Of a DNA stretch of 64,000 bases, positions 11,269-20,160 are shown one piece after another (the first letter of the stretch is position 1; each line of letters opens with the position of its first letter). Under the pieces are notes generated by a model. It did not search any database. It worked only from the letters and a program-made list of their open reading frames with translations, and had not been told where the DNA came from. Source of the stretch: an uncultured bacterium (GTDB taxonomy: Bacteria; Krumholzibacteriota; Krumholzibacteriia; LZORAL124-64-63); the NCBI GenBank assembly GCA_963727525.1, contig CAVSGO010000005.1, forward strand, positions 576,001-640,000. The letters are read 5' to 3'. Position numbers and translations under genes: made by a program.

Positions 11269-11855
11269 GCCTGCGAGTCCTTTCCGGGCTGCGGCGCCAC
11301 AGGGATGTACTCCGCGCTGCCCGCGTAGCTGATGACCTTCGCGGGCACGCCGCCGACCACCGCGTTCTCCTCGGTATCCTTGACCACCACCGCGTTGGCG
11401 CCGATCACCGTGCCGTCGGCGATCGTGATGGGCCCCACGACCTTGGCGCCAGGCGCGATGTACACGCGATCGCCGATGTGCGGCGCCCCCCACACATCGC
11501 CCTTGCGCGCGAGACCGATGGTCACGCCTTGCGACAGGTTGCAGTCGCATCCCATGACCACGTCGGTGTGCAGCACGATCTGGCCGAAGTGGCCGATGTA
11601 CAGGCCCGGACCGATCCGGCAATCGGGCGAGATCGAGATCCCCGTGGTGATCTCCACCCACTTCCACCACATATGGTACAACCCCATCACGAGATGGCGT
11701 ATTCCCGGGACCAGGCGGCGCTGGTTCAGAGCGTGCCCGGCCCGGTAGCACACGATGGCCCAGAGTCCCTGGTTCTCCAGGAGCAGGCGCAGCGTCGATT
11801 GGCGGCTGCCGTAGCGCCGCAACCGCCCGATGTCGGCCTTCAGGTTCGCGAACAT
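11265..11855 (-). CDS. Serine O-acetyltransferase-like hexapeptide acetyltransferase (EPS associated)
   Basis: IGPGLYIGH, QGVTIG, IGDRVYIAPGAKV, IGANAVV and GGVPAK motifs. Confidence 0.85.
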   Translation of the reverse strand: MFANLKADIGRLRRYGSRQSTLRLLLENQGLWAIVCYRAGHALNQRRLVPGIRHLVMGLYHMWWKWVEITTGISISPDCRIGPGLYIGHFGQIVLHTDVVMGCDCNLSQGVTIGLARKGDVWGAPHIGDRVYIAPGAKVVGPITIADGTVIGANAVVVKDTEENAVVGGVPAKVISYAGSAEYIPVAPQPGKDSQA

Positions 11856-11858
11856 CGG

Positions 11859-12968
11859 CTACGCTCCCGCCGCGGGCCGGCCGGCGGCGGCAAGCCCGTG
11901 CTGGTAAAGGTCCACGTGCCGCGCCACGCAGCGGTCCCAGCTATACTCGGCGACCGCCCGTTCCCGCGCCTGCCGCGCCAGCCGGCGCCGCAGCAGAGGA
12001 TCGGCCAGGTACTTACCGATGGCTTCCGCGAGCGCTCGTGCATCGCCCGGCGGTACCAGCAAGCCCGACACGTCATCCACGATCGCCTCGGAGTTCCCGC
12101 CCACGTCAGTGGCCACCACCGCCGCGCCCGCCAGCATGTACTCGAGCACCGCGTTGGAGAAGCCCTCGGTATCCGAGCACAGCACGCCCACCTGCAACCC
12201 CGTCAGATAGGCCGGCACGTCGGACAGGCGTCCCGCGAAGACGGCGCGCTCACCGAGCCCCAGTTCCCGCGCCCGCGCCTCGAGCGTGGGCCGCAGATGC
12301 CCATCGCCTACCACATGCCAGCGCACATGGGGAAAGTCGCCGGCCAGCAGGCCCGCAGCCTCCACGAACAGGTCGATGCGCTTCACCTCGCGGTTCATGT
12401 TGCCAACGATCCCCACGTCCGTCGTGGGTCCTTCGTGATCATGGAACGGGATAGCCTCCGGATCCAGACCGTTGGGGATCACCGTGATCCGGTCGGGGGC
12501 GAGGCCGTCGGCATGCCGGAAGTGGTCGCGAACCGCCTCGGAATTGGCCACGAAACCGGTGAAGCGGGGGTAGGCGCGCCGCATCAGGAACTCCTGGCGC
12601 GGCGTGCGCCAGAAACCCAGGTCGCGGAACGACGCCAGACGTACCGGCACCCGGGCCGCGCCGGCCGCCCAACCGCCCAGGACGGTGGCGTCCTGGAAGA
12701 AGGTCTGCACCACGTCGATACGCTGCTCGCGCAGGTATGCGGCGAGCCGTCGCCCCACCATCAACGCCCCCGGCGACAGCAAACGACGCACCCCGAGGGC
12801 GCGCGTGGGACAATCGGCCACCGGGATGGGGTCGTGGCCGGGCCGTAGCGTGACCAGGTGCGGCTGCACCGCGGACCGATCGAGCCGCTGCACGAGGCCG
12901 GCGAGCTGGGTCTCCGTACCACCACCGCGTTCCAGGGCATCGATGCAGTAAACGACGCGGATCGGCAC
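11859..12968 (-). CDS. Glycosyltransferase family 4
   Basis: GGGTE, VIPNG and SDTEGFSNAVLEYM..VVATDVGGNSE (EX7E) motifs. Confidence 0.92.
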   Translation of the reverse strand: MPIRVVYCIDALERGGGTETQLAGLVQRLDRSAVQPHLVTLRPGHDPIPVADCPTRALGVRRLLSPGALMVGRRLAAYLREQRIDVVQTFFQDATVLGGWAAGAARVPVRLASFRDLGFWRTPRQEFLMRRAYPRFTGFVANSEAVRDHFRHADGLAPDRITVIPNGLDPEAIPFHDHEGPTTDVGIVGNMNREVKRIDLFVEAAGLLAGDFPHVRWHVVGDGHLRPTLEARARELGLGERAVFAGRLSDVPAYLTGLQVGVLCSDTEGFSNAVLEYMLAGAAVVATDVGGNSEAIVDDVSGLLVPPGDARALAEAIGKYLADPLLRRRLARQARERAVAEYSWDRCVARHVDLYQHGLAAAGRPAAGA

Positions 12969-13020
12969 GTTGGCGTCCTCACGGTCCGGATCAGGAATGC
13001 GTCAAGCGTGACCAAAGGAG

Positions 13021-13050
13021 TCGACATGAACGGCCGGGAGTATATATCAT
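13021..13050 (+). promoter_or_regulatory. Putative sigma70 promoter in the divergent intergenic region
   Basis: TCGACA-N18-TATCAT, about 55 nt upstream of the deacetylase gene. Confidence 0.45.
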
Positions 13051-13104
13051 AGTTGCCCTCGACGCGCGACGACGCGGATACGTGAACCACGGCAGCGGTG
13101 ATTC

Positions 13105-14187
13105 TTGAAACGAGACCTCAAAGCCCTGCTCCTCGCTGCCCCCGGGTTCCAGGCATTCTGCCGCCTGCTCACCCGGCGGCACGTACGGGCGCTGATGTAT
13201 CATCGCTTCCGCTCTCAGGACGCCCCGGCCGATCACCATCCCGACGCGGCGACTCTCGACTGGCAGATGCGCCAGGTCAAGGCTCATCACGCCGTGTGGA
13301 CGGTGTCCCGCCATCACGATGCCGTCACGGGCAAGCGACCGGTCGACGCCGCCTGCCCCGTCGTGATCACCGTGGACGACGGCTACGCCGACTTCCACGA
13401 CATCGCGTTTCCGATCTTCCGGCAGCACGGCATCCCCGCCTTGCTCTACGTCACCACGGGGTTCGTCGACGGCCAGGTGTGGTTCTGGTGGGACCAGGTC
13501 GCCTATCTCCTCGACGCGGCGCCCGCCGGCGCCACCGCCTTCGCATACGACAGCGAGACATTCGCGCTGGATCTCGCCACCCGCGAAGGCCGTCGCGCTG
13601 CCTGGAACCAGCTGTGCGATCGCTGCCGTTTCCTGCCCGATGAGCACAAGCATGCGCTCATCGCCGCCCTCGCCGCTCATCTCGGTGTCGCCCAGCCAGG
13701 GCGGCCGCCGGCGGAATATGGCCCGGTCACCTGGGACCAGATCCGGATGATGCGCGCTGCCGGCATGGAATTCGGGGCCCACACGGTGTCCCACCCCATC
13801 CTCACGCGCATCGACGCGGCCAAGCTGCCACACGAGTTGCGCGGTTCGCGCGAGCGCCTCGAGACCGAGCTGGGCGAGGCCGTGCCCTGGTTCTGCTATC
13901 CCCAGGGCGGTCCGGCCGATTTCTCGGCCGACATCGTCGCCGGTGTCCAGGCCGCCGGGTTCGCGGGCAGCTACCTGGCGTACCAGGAGGTCGTCGTCGC
14001 CGCCACGCCCTACACGATGCCGCGCTATTGCGTGTCCGCCGACCCCATCGCCTTCCGCTGGGTCCTCTGCGGCGCCGAGTACCTCGGCTTGCGCCTGCGC
14101 CGCCTGCTGGGTCGATCCACGGGCCCGGGCGCCCGCTACTGGTCCGGGTCGGAAGCTGCATCGTCCGCGGAGGTGGTCTATGACTGA
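13105..14187 (+). CDS. Polysaccharide deacetylase (NodB family)
   Basis: LMYHRF, ITVDDGYAD, FGAHTVSHPIL and FCYPQG motifs. Confidence 0.9.
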   Translation: MKRDLKALLLAAPGFQAFCRLLTRRHVRALMYHRFRSQDAPADHHPDAATLDWQMRQVKAHHAVWTVSRHHDAVTGKRPVDAACPVVITVDDGYADFHDIAFPIFRQHGIPALLYVTTGFVDGQVWFWWDQVAYLLDAAPAGATAFAYDSETFALDLATREGRRAAWNQLCDRCRFLPDEHKHALIAALAAHLGVAQPGRPPAEYGPVTWDQIRMMRAAGMEFGAHTVSHPILTRIDAAKLPHELRGSRERLETELGEAVPWFCYPQGGPADFSADIVAGVQAAGFAGSYLAYQEVVVAATPYTMPRYCVSADPIAFRWVLCGAEYLGLRLRRLLGRSTGPGARYWSGSEAASSAEVVYD

Positions 14188-15064
14188 CCAGCCCCTCGTC
14201 TCCGTCGTCACGGCCGCCTACAACATGGGTCAGTACCTCGACGAGGCCATCACTTCGGTCTTGCACCAGGATTACCCGCACGTGCAGGTCATCGTGGTCG
14301 ACGACGGCTCCAGCGACCCTGTCACGCCGCAGGTGCTCGAACGTTATGCCGACCATGCGCAGGTAACGGTGATCCGCCAGGCCAACGCCGGACAGACGGT
14401 GGCCAAGAACCGCGGCCTGGCGGCGGCCAAGGGCGACTTCGTGGGCTTCTGCGACGCCGACAACGCCTGGCTGCCCGACAAGCTGAGCCGCCAGCTCGCC
14501 GCCTTCCGGGAGCGGCCCGACCTGGGCGTGGTCTACGGCGACCTGCAACTCATCGGCACCGAGGGCGAGGATCTGCCCACGCCCGCAGTGGCGCGCCATA
14601 GCGGGCGTATCACGGGCAAGCTGCTGGCCGACAACTTCGTCACCTTCAACACCACGCTCACACCGCGACGCATCCTCGAGGAGATGGGCGGATTCGACGA
14701 GCGCCTGCGCATGGCCATCGACTACGATCTGTGGCTGCGCATCTCGGTGAAGTACGAGTTCCTCCACCTGCCCACCCCGCTGGTGCGCTACCGCATCTGG
14801 GGCGGCCAGATGTCCCACCGCACGGGCGAACGCCTCGAGAGCTACTTCCGCCTGCTCGAGAATTTCCTGGCCCAGCACCCCGGCGCGGTGAACCAGGCCG
14901 ACGTCCGCCGCGCCTACGGCTACACCTACACGACCCGCGCCAACTGGCACCGCTCCCAGGGCCGCCGCCAGGAAGCCTGGGCCGACTACCGCCGTGCCAT
15001 GCAGAAGAACCCCCTCGACGCGCGCCTGTGGAAATGCACGGCGCGCTGCCTGCTGGGGCGCTGA
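14180..15064 (+). CDS. Glycosyltransferase family 2
   Basis: VSVVTAAYN, VVDDGSSD, FCDAD, GGFDE and DYDLWLR motifs; ATG at 14180 after GGAGG. Confidence 0.92.
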   Translation: MTDQPLVSVVTAAYNMGQYLDEAITSVLHQDYPHVQVIVVDDGSSDPVTPQVLERYADHAQVTVIRQANAGQTVAKNRGLAAAKGDFVGFCDADNAWLPDKLSRQLAAFRERPDLGVVYGDLQLIGTEGEDLPTPAVARHSGRITGKLLADNFVTFNTTLTPRRILEEMGGFDERLRMAIDYDLWLRISVKYEFLHLPTPLVRYRIWGGQMSHRTGERLESYFRLLENFLAQHPGAVNQADVRRAYGYTYTTRANWHRSQGRRQEAWADYRRAMQKNPLDARLWKCTARCLLGR

Positions 15065-15066
15065 AC

Positions 15067-16053
15067 ATGGCCCTCGCCTGCCGCTGGGCCACGCCGGAAG
15101 ACCTCCCCGCCCTCGAGCTGTTCCTGGCCGAGACCTACGGTGCCAATTCCGTGCAGGCCCTCCCCGGCCGCTGCCGCTGGCTGTACTTCGAGCATCCCGA
15201 CGGCCTGCACGTCACTCTCTGCGAGGAGACGGACGGCCGCCTCGTGGGCTGCTGCGGCCATCTGCCGGTCACGCTCCGCGTGAACGACCGCAACGTCACC
15301 GCCGCATTCGGCATCGATTTCATGGTCCACCCCGCGTACCGGCGGCGCGGCATCGCCCGCGAGATGCTCCGCCTGCGCCTCGAGCATTTCGACGTGAGCC
15401 TGTCGAGCGGCCAATCGGAGGCCATGGGCTCGGTCTACGCCGCCCACGGCGGCAGTGTGAGCTTCCCGTTTCACCGGGCCCTGCGAGTGCGGCGGATGAC
15501 GCCCGCGCTTTCCCCGCGCATCCTCGCCCGCGACGCCCTGGGCCTCGCACTCGCCCTGCGCTCGCCCCGCCGCAAGGCCGCCCGCCGATCCGCAAGCCTC
15601 GATCCCGCGCTCCCCTTGCCCGAGGCCGCAGACGGGGCAGCCCCCCTCGCATCGCTGCCGTCCCTGCAATGGCGCTTCCAGCGCGGGCCGTATCGCGACT
15701 ACGCCGTATCCGTGTTGCTGACCGACAATGCGCCGGTCGGCGCGGTGATCTCCCGGTTCACGGCAGACTGCGAGCGGATCCTCGCCCTTGGTGGCCCGGC
15801 CTCCAGGCACGTGGACCTGCTGAATCTGGCGGCCAGAACCTCTCCCTCGCGCGCCGTGGAGGTGCTGACGACCAGTCCCGGCATGGTCGTTGCTGCCCGG
15901 TCAGCGGGATATCTCGTGCGTCCGCTCGACGCCCTGGCGGTCGCCGTGTCGCGCGATGCTTCGCTGATCGCCGCACTCCGGCAGCAGGGCCTCGCCCTCA
16001 TGGCCGGCGACTCGGACACGGATCTGCTGCGCCGCCCCCGGTCCGATGCCTGA
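15067..16053 (+). CDS. GNAT-family N-acyltransferase
   Basis: WLYFEHP, DFMVHPAYRRRGIA (acyl-CoA motif A) and C-terminal GDSD. Confidence 0.75.
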   Translation: MALACRWATPEDLPALELFLAETYGANSVQALPGRCRWLYFEHPDGLHVTLCEETDGRLVGCCGHLPVTLRVNDRNVTAAFGIDFMVHPAYRRRGIAREMLRLRLEHFDVSLSSGQSEAMGSVYAAHGGSVSFPFHRALRVRRMTPALSPRILARDALGLALALRSPRRKAARRSASLDPALPLPEAADGAAPLASLPSLQWRFQRGPYRDYAVSVLLTDNAPVGAVISRFTADCERILALGGPASRHVDLLNLAARTSPSRAVEVLTTSPGMVVAARSAGYLVRPLDALAVAVSRDASLIAALRQQGLALMAGDSDTDLLRRPRSDA

Positions 16054-16747
16054 AAGAGAGACTGATGTGATGAAGAGACTGCTGGGGAAGACTCGCGTCT
16101 ACCAGGCCTTGAGTTTTGCCTACGACGAGTATGCCAAACGCCGGCACACGCCCAGCGACCCGGCGCTATTCCGCCACGTGGGCGCTCACTCGGAGATTCA
16201 CGGAAACGTCTATACCTCGTTTCCGGGACGTATCTGGGTCGGCGAGTGGTCCACCGTCATGGGCCAGGTGTACATCCACGCCATGGGCGGCGTGCACATC
16301 GGCAACTACGTGGGCATCGGCTACGCCACCGTCATCCTCACGTTCAACCACCGCTACCGCAATGCCCGCTCCATCCCCTTCGACGATGGCGTGTTCCTGC
16401 AGCCGGTGATCATCCGCGACTTCGCCTGGGTGGGCTGGAATTCCACCGTCCTGCCTGGCGTGGAGATCGGCGAGGGCGCCATCGTATCCATGGGCTCCGT
16501 GGTGACGAAGAACGTTCCGCCTCTCGCCATCGTCCAGGGCAACCCGGCCGAGATCATCGGCTACCGCAGCAGGGACCACTTCGAGGCATGCAAGGCCGAG
16601 GGCCGCGTGAATCCTCACCGCGTGATCGAGGCCTTCGGCAAGTTCGACGAGATAATTCCCATGATGACACGCAAGCGCTACGAAAAGGAGCTGCGTGACA
16701 TCGGCCTGATTCCTGAAGACGAGCCACCGTCCGCGAACGAAGGCTGA
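16046..16747 (+). CDS. Hexapeptide-repeat acyltransferase (sugar O-acetyltransferase-like)
   Basis: GGVHIGNYVGIG, PVIIRDFAWVG, LPGVEIGEGAIV and GNPA motifs. Confidence 0.88.
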   Translation: MPERETDVMKRLLGKTRVYQALSFAYDEYAKRRHTPSDPALFRHVGAHSEIHGNVYTSFPGRIWVGEWSTVMGQVYIHAMGGVHIGNYVGIGYATVILTFNHRYRNARSIPFDDGVFLQPVIIRDFAWVGWNSTVLPGVEIGEGAIVSMGSVVTKNVPPLAIVQGNPAEIIGYRSRDHFEACKAEGRVNPHRVIEAFGKFDEIIPMMTRKRYEKELRDIGLIPEDEPPSANEG

Positions 16748-16751
16748 TGCC

Positions 16752-18269
16752 GTGACCGCCGGCTTCAAGAGCGCCGTCAAGGCGCGTCAAGACTTTCTGC
16801 CCGTCGCGCGCGAGAACAGCGACGTGCAGGGCCAGGTGGCCACGAGTAGCCTCTGGTCGGGCCTGGGCGTCGCCGCCAACACGGTGCTCCAATTTGTGCG
16901 CAGCATGATCTTCGCGCGTCTGCTCATGCCGGCCGATTTCGGCGTGGTCAACCTGGCCAACGTGTTCACGCAATTCATCCTGATCTTCGCCAACTTCGGC
17001 TTCTCATCGTCGGTAATCTTCCACCACGACCTGGACAAGCGCGATCTGGCCACCTCCTGGTGGGGCAACGTGTTCGTCGACACCGCCGCCGCCGGCGCCT
17101 GCGTGCTGATCGCCCTCATCTCGAGCCGATTCGCCGAAAGCCCCCGCGTAGCCCACGTGGTCTGCCTCCTCGCCGTCCAGTTCATCCTCATGAGCTTCGG
17201 CACCGTGAACCAGGCCCTCATGCGCCGCCAGTTCATGTTCCGTCGGCTTGCCACGGTCGATTTCCTGGGCGCCGTGGCCTCGTTCGGCGCAGCCTTCGCC
17301 TTCGTGAAGTTCTGCCACTGGGGCGTCTACGGCCTCGTTGGCGGCATGATCGTGGGCAGCGCCACGATGACTCTCCTCAACTTCGCCTTCATGCCCTGGC
17401 TACCGTCATGGAACTTCTCGTTCCCGTCGCTGCGCAAGCACTTCGGCTACGGCCGCTGGCTCCTCGGAGTGAACATCGTCACGTACATCAACGGCAATAT
17501 GGACCGTGTTGCCGTGGGCGGCCTCCTCAGCCAGACCCAGCTCGGATTCTACGAATACGCCGGCAACATCCCCCTGATGGTGGTCAACAAGATCTCCCAG
17601 GTGATCAACAGCGTGATGTTTCCAGCATTTTCAAGCCTGAAGGACCGCCCCACCGAACTGCGCGACCTGCTCCGCAATCTCTACCGCTACAACGCCTTGC
17701 TGATCTTCCCCATCCTCACGGGCATGGCCCTCGTCGGCCCCGAATTCGTGGCCGTCGCCTACGGCGCCAAGTGGATGCCCATCGTCACCGGCCTGCGCCT
17801 CTTCTGCCTCTACGGCGTTCTACGCCTCTACACGCAACCCCTGTACTCCCTCTGCAACGGCATCGGCGAACAGCAGTTGCCATTCCGTTGGACCCTAGTT
17901 TTCCTTCCCCTCAACCTCGCCCTCATCTACGCTGGAGTGAAGCTCTGGCAACTGGAAGGTGTCGTCCTGGTCCGCAGCGCCCTGCCGCTCTTCATCGGCT
18001 TCACCCTGGGCATCCAGGTGATGCGCAGGATCAAGGTGCCATGGTCACTCCTGTTCCGGGCAACCTGGCCAGCAGCCTCGGCCTGCCTCGCCATGGCGGT
18101 CGTGGTGCTTGGGCTGGGGAGGGTCCACGGAGGATTCATGGGTTTGCCCTTGCCTCGTTTGCTGGTTCATGTCATTGCCGGAGCCGGCACGTACTTTGCC
18201 GTGCTGTTCTTCGCATGGCGTTCCGAGTACCTGGGTGTTTTGAAGCTGATGCAGAGATTCCGCGGATAA
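16752..18269 (+). CDS. Wzx-type polysaccharide flippase (WzxC-like)
   Basis: ARLLMPADFG, QALMRRQFMF and LGFYEYA motifs; many TM segments. Confidence 0.88.
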   Translation: MTAGFKSAVKARQDFLPVARENSDVQGQVATSSLWSGLGVAANTVLQFVRSMIFARLLMPADFGVVNLANVFTQFILIFANFGFSSSVIFHHDLDKRDLATSWWGNVFVDTAAAGACVLIALISSRFAESPRVAHVVCLLAVQFILMSFGTVNQALMRRQFMFRRLATVDFLGAVASFGAAFAFVKFCHWGVYGLVGGMIVGSATMTLLNFAFMPWLPSWNFSFPSLRKHFGYGRWLLGVNIVTYINGNMDRVAVGGLLSQTQLGFYEYAGNIPLMVVNKISQVINSVMFPAFSSLKDRPTELRDLLRNLYRYNALLIFPILTGMALVGPEFVAVAYGAKWMPIVTGLRLFCLYGVLRLYTQPLYSLCNGIGEQQLPFRWTLVFLPLNLALIYAGVKLWQLEGVVLVRSALPLFIGFTLGIQVMRRIKVPWSLLFRATWPAASACLAMAVVVLGLGRVHGGFMGLPLPRLLVHVIAGAGTYFAVLFFAWRSEYLGVLKLMQRFRG

Positions 18270-18306
18270 TGAGGAGCATCGAAAGCGATTCCAGTTGGAG
18301 TAGGGC

Positions 18307-20067
18307 ATGCCGGGATTCGTGACCCGTATCTCATTCGATCCACGGATCCAGACGTCCTGGCCCGCAGGCGTTCAGGCACTGATATCGAGCGGTGGCCATC
18401 TAGAGGTCGGCGTCATACCTGGACGCGTCGATGCCCCGATGAGGCAATCCAGCACGCGTCTCGCCGACGACACCGCGGCGCTATGGGGCCACGCCTTCGA
18501 CACCCGCGACCGCAAACAACTGGACGCCGCGGAATTGCTTCGTCGCTTCAAACGCGACGGTACCGACCTTCTCGATAACCTCGAGGGTGGCTTCCACGCG
18601 GTTATCCATGACAGCCTCCGCCGACAAGTTCACGTGTTCAACGACCGCGCGGGGATGTTGCCTCTTTATTGGCGAAGAACAGCCTCGGGCGTGACACTCG
18701 CACCACGCGTGCGGTTTGTTGCCGATGAAATGCCGTCATTTGACCCTGTTGGCGTCCTCACGTTTCTGGGCATCGGGTATTGTCTCCATGACAGATCCCT
18801 TTTCGACGGCGTCAAGGTCCTTACCCCGGCGACGCATATGACAGTCGACCTTGCGAGTCGAAACGTGGTATCCACGACCTACTGGGACATCGTCTATTCA
18901 CCCGACAACGACGCCAGCCACCGAGAGCTAGCTTCTGATCTCCACGAAGCCGTCGTCGACTCCGTCGATCTCCTCAACCCCCACGGCAACGACCGCGCCG
19001 GTCTTTTTCTCAGCGGTGGCTGGGATTGCCGGGGCATTCTGGGCGCCCAGCTCGAGCTCGGCCACCCGCCGGCTGCCGTGATCACGAACGGCAAGAGCGA
19101 CAGTATTCCCGGATCCGATACCGCGCTTGCGCGGCGACTCGCTATCGACCACGGCCTGGAGTACAGGTTCTGCAAGCGAGATCCTGAACTCGCCCCGCGA
19201 CTCTATCGCGAGGGCGTCGCTCGGTGCGAACTCATCACCGATACCGCCCCTGAGATCTTCGGTCAGCACCGGGCTCGCCCCGGCGTATTCGATGATCTAG
19301 ACTTCATCTTCAAAGGAGACGAGATCTGGGGCTGGCGCACCGAGGCCGTTGACCGTTTATCGGCAATCGCCCCCGTGATGCCGTCGAAAATCAATAGCGC
19401 CGCACTTGCTCTGCTCACCCCGGATTTCGCAGAGAATGCCGCACATCTGTATCAGGCCGAAATTGACCGCGTCCTGAGTGAGTGCCGGAATGACGGCTGG
19501 AACGACATCAAAGACTACCTCTATTTCAAGGGCCGTGTCGCCCGGTATATATTCGGCCTCGGCGCCTCCGACGAAGAGCATCTTCAGGTCCGACGGCCGT
19601 TCTTCACCCGTAAAGTCCTGGATGTTGTGCGCCGTGTGCCCGCACGCCTTCGGGTCGAGAAGAATCTCTACCTTGAGATGATGGCGCGCCATCAATCAAC
19701 GCTCTATCGCTATCGTCGCAATCACGTCAGCCATATCGCGGACTACTATGCGTACATGACTGACGAGGTCGTCTCGGTCGGTCAAGCGATCGCTGACGGA
19801 AGTGCGTGCATTCCGGGTATGCTGCGGCGCGCCGAACTCGCCGACCTTCTGCAGTCCGTCGTACCGGGCGATACGCCGTCCCCCAAGATCGATATCAGAG
19901 CCCGGCTCAAGGATGCTTTCACCGACCGCTGGGGACATCTGTGGTATCGCAGCGGTCTGTACGAAACCCGCTCCCGACGCTTGGTGGCCGACTGGAGCGC
20001 TTCCGATTCGGTCGTCAGGTTCCGCGCGTTCCTCCTCCCGGTCTATTGCCAGTCAGCCCCATTCTGA
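18307..20067 (+). CDS. Asparagine-synthetase-like protein lacking the N-terminal catalytic Cys
   Basis: Starts MPG rather than MCG; LEGGF..DRAGMLPLYW, LFLSGGWDC (PP-loop variant), KGDEIWG and VRRPFF motifs. Confidence 0.72.
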   Translation: MPGFVTRISFDPRIQTSWPAGVQALISSGGHLEVGVIPGRVDAPMRQSSTRLADDTAALWGHAFDTRDRKQLDAAELLRRFKRDGTDLLDNLEGGFHAVIHDSLRRQVHVFNDRAGMLPLYWRRTASGVTLAPRVRFVADEMPSFDPVGVLTFLGIGYCLHDRSLFDGVKVLTPATHMTVDLASRNVVSTTYWDIVYSPDNDASHRELASDLHEAVVDSVDLLNPHGNDRAGLFLSGGWDCRGILGAQLELGHPPAAVITNGKSDSIPGSDTALARRLAIDHGLEYRFCKRDPELAPRLYREGVARCELITDTAPEIFGQHRARPGVFDDLDFIFKGDEIWGWRTEAVDRLSAIAPVMPSKINSAALALLTPDFAENAAHLYQAEIDRVLSECRNDGWNDIKDYLYFKGRVARYIFGLGASDEEHLQVRRPFFTRKVLDVVRRVPARLRVEKNLYLEMMARHQSTLYRYRRNHVSHIADYYAYMTDEVVSVGQAIADGSACIPGMLRRAELADLLQSVVPGDTPSPKIDIRARLKDAFTDRWGHLWYRSGLYETRSRRLVADWSASDSVVRFRAFLLPVYCQSAPF

Positions 20068-20160
20068 CACCAATCCTGGCTATAACGGACCGCAGGGTTT
20101 CCCTTATCCACCCCGATCCGCGCACTAAAGGTCACTCTCGATTGTCCGGCCGCGGCTGCG

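Noticed and set aside
11265-11855. Calling this gene cysE because cysS is nearby
   Set aside because: Short, lacks the typical CysE N-terminal domain, and sits between a GT and a CapK-like gene; more likely a glycan acetyltransferase.
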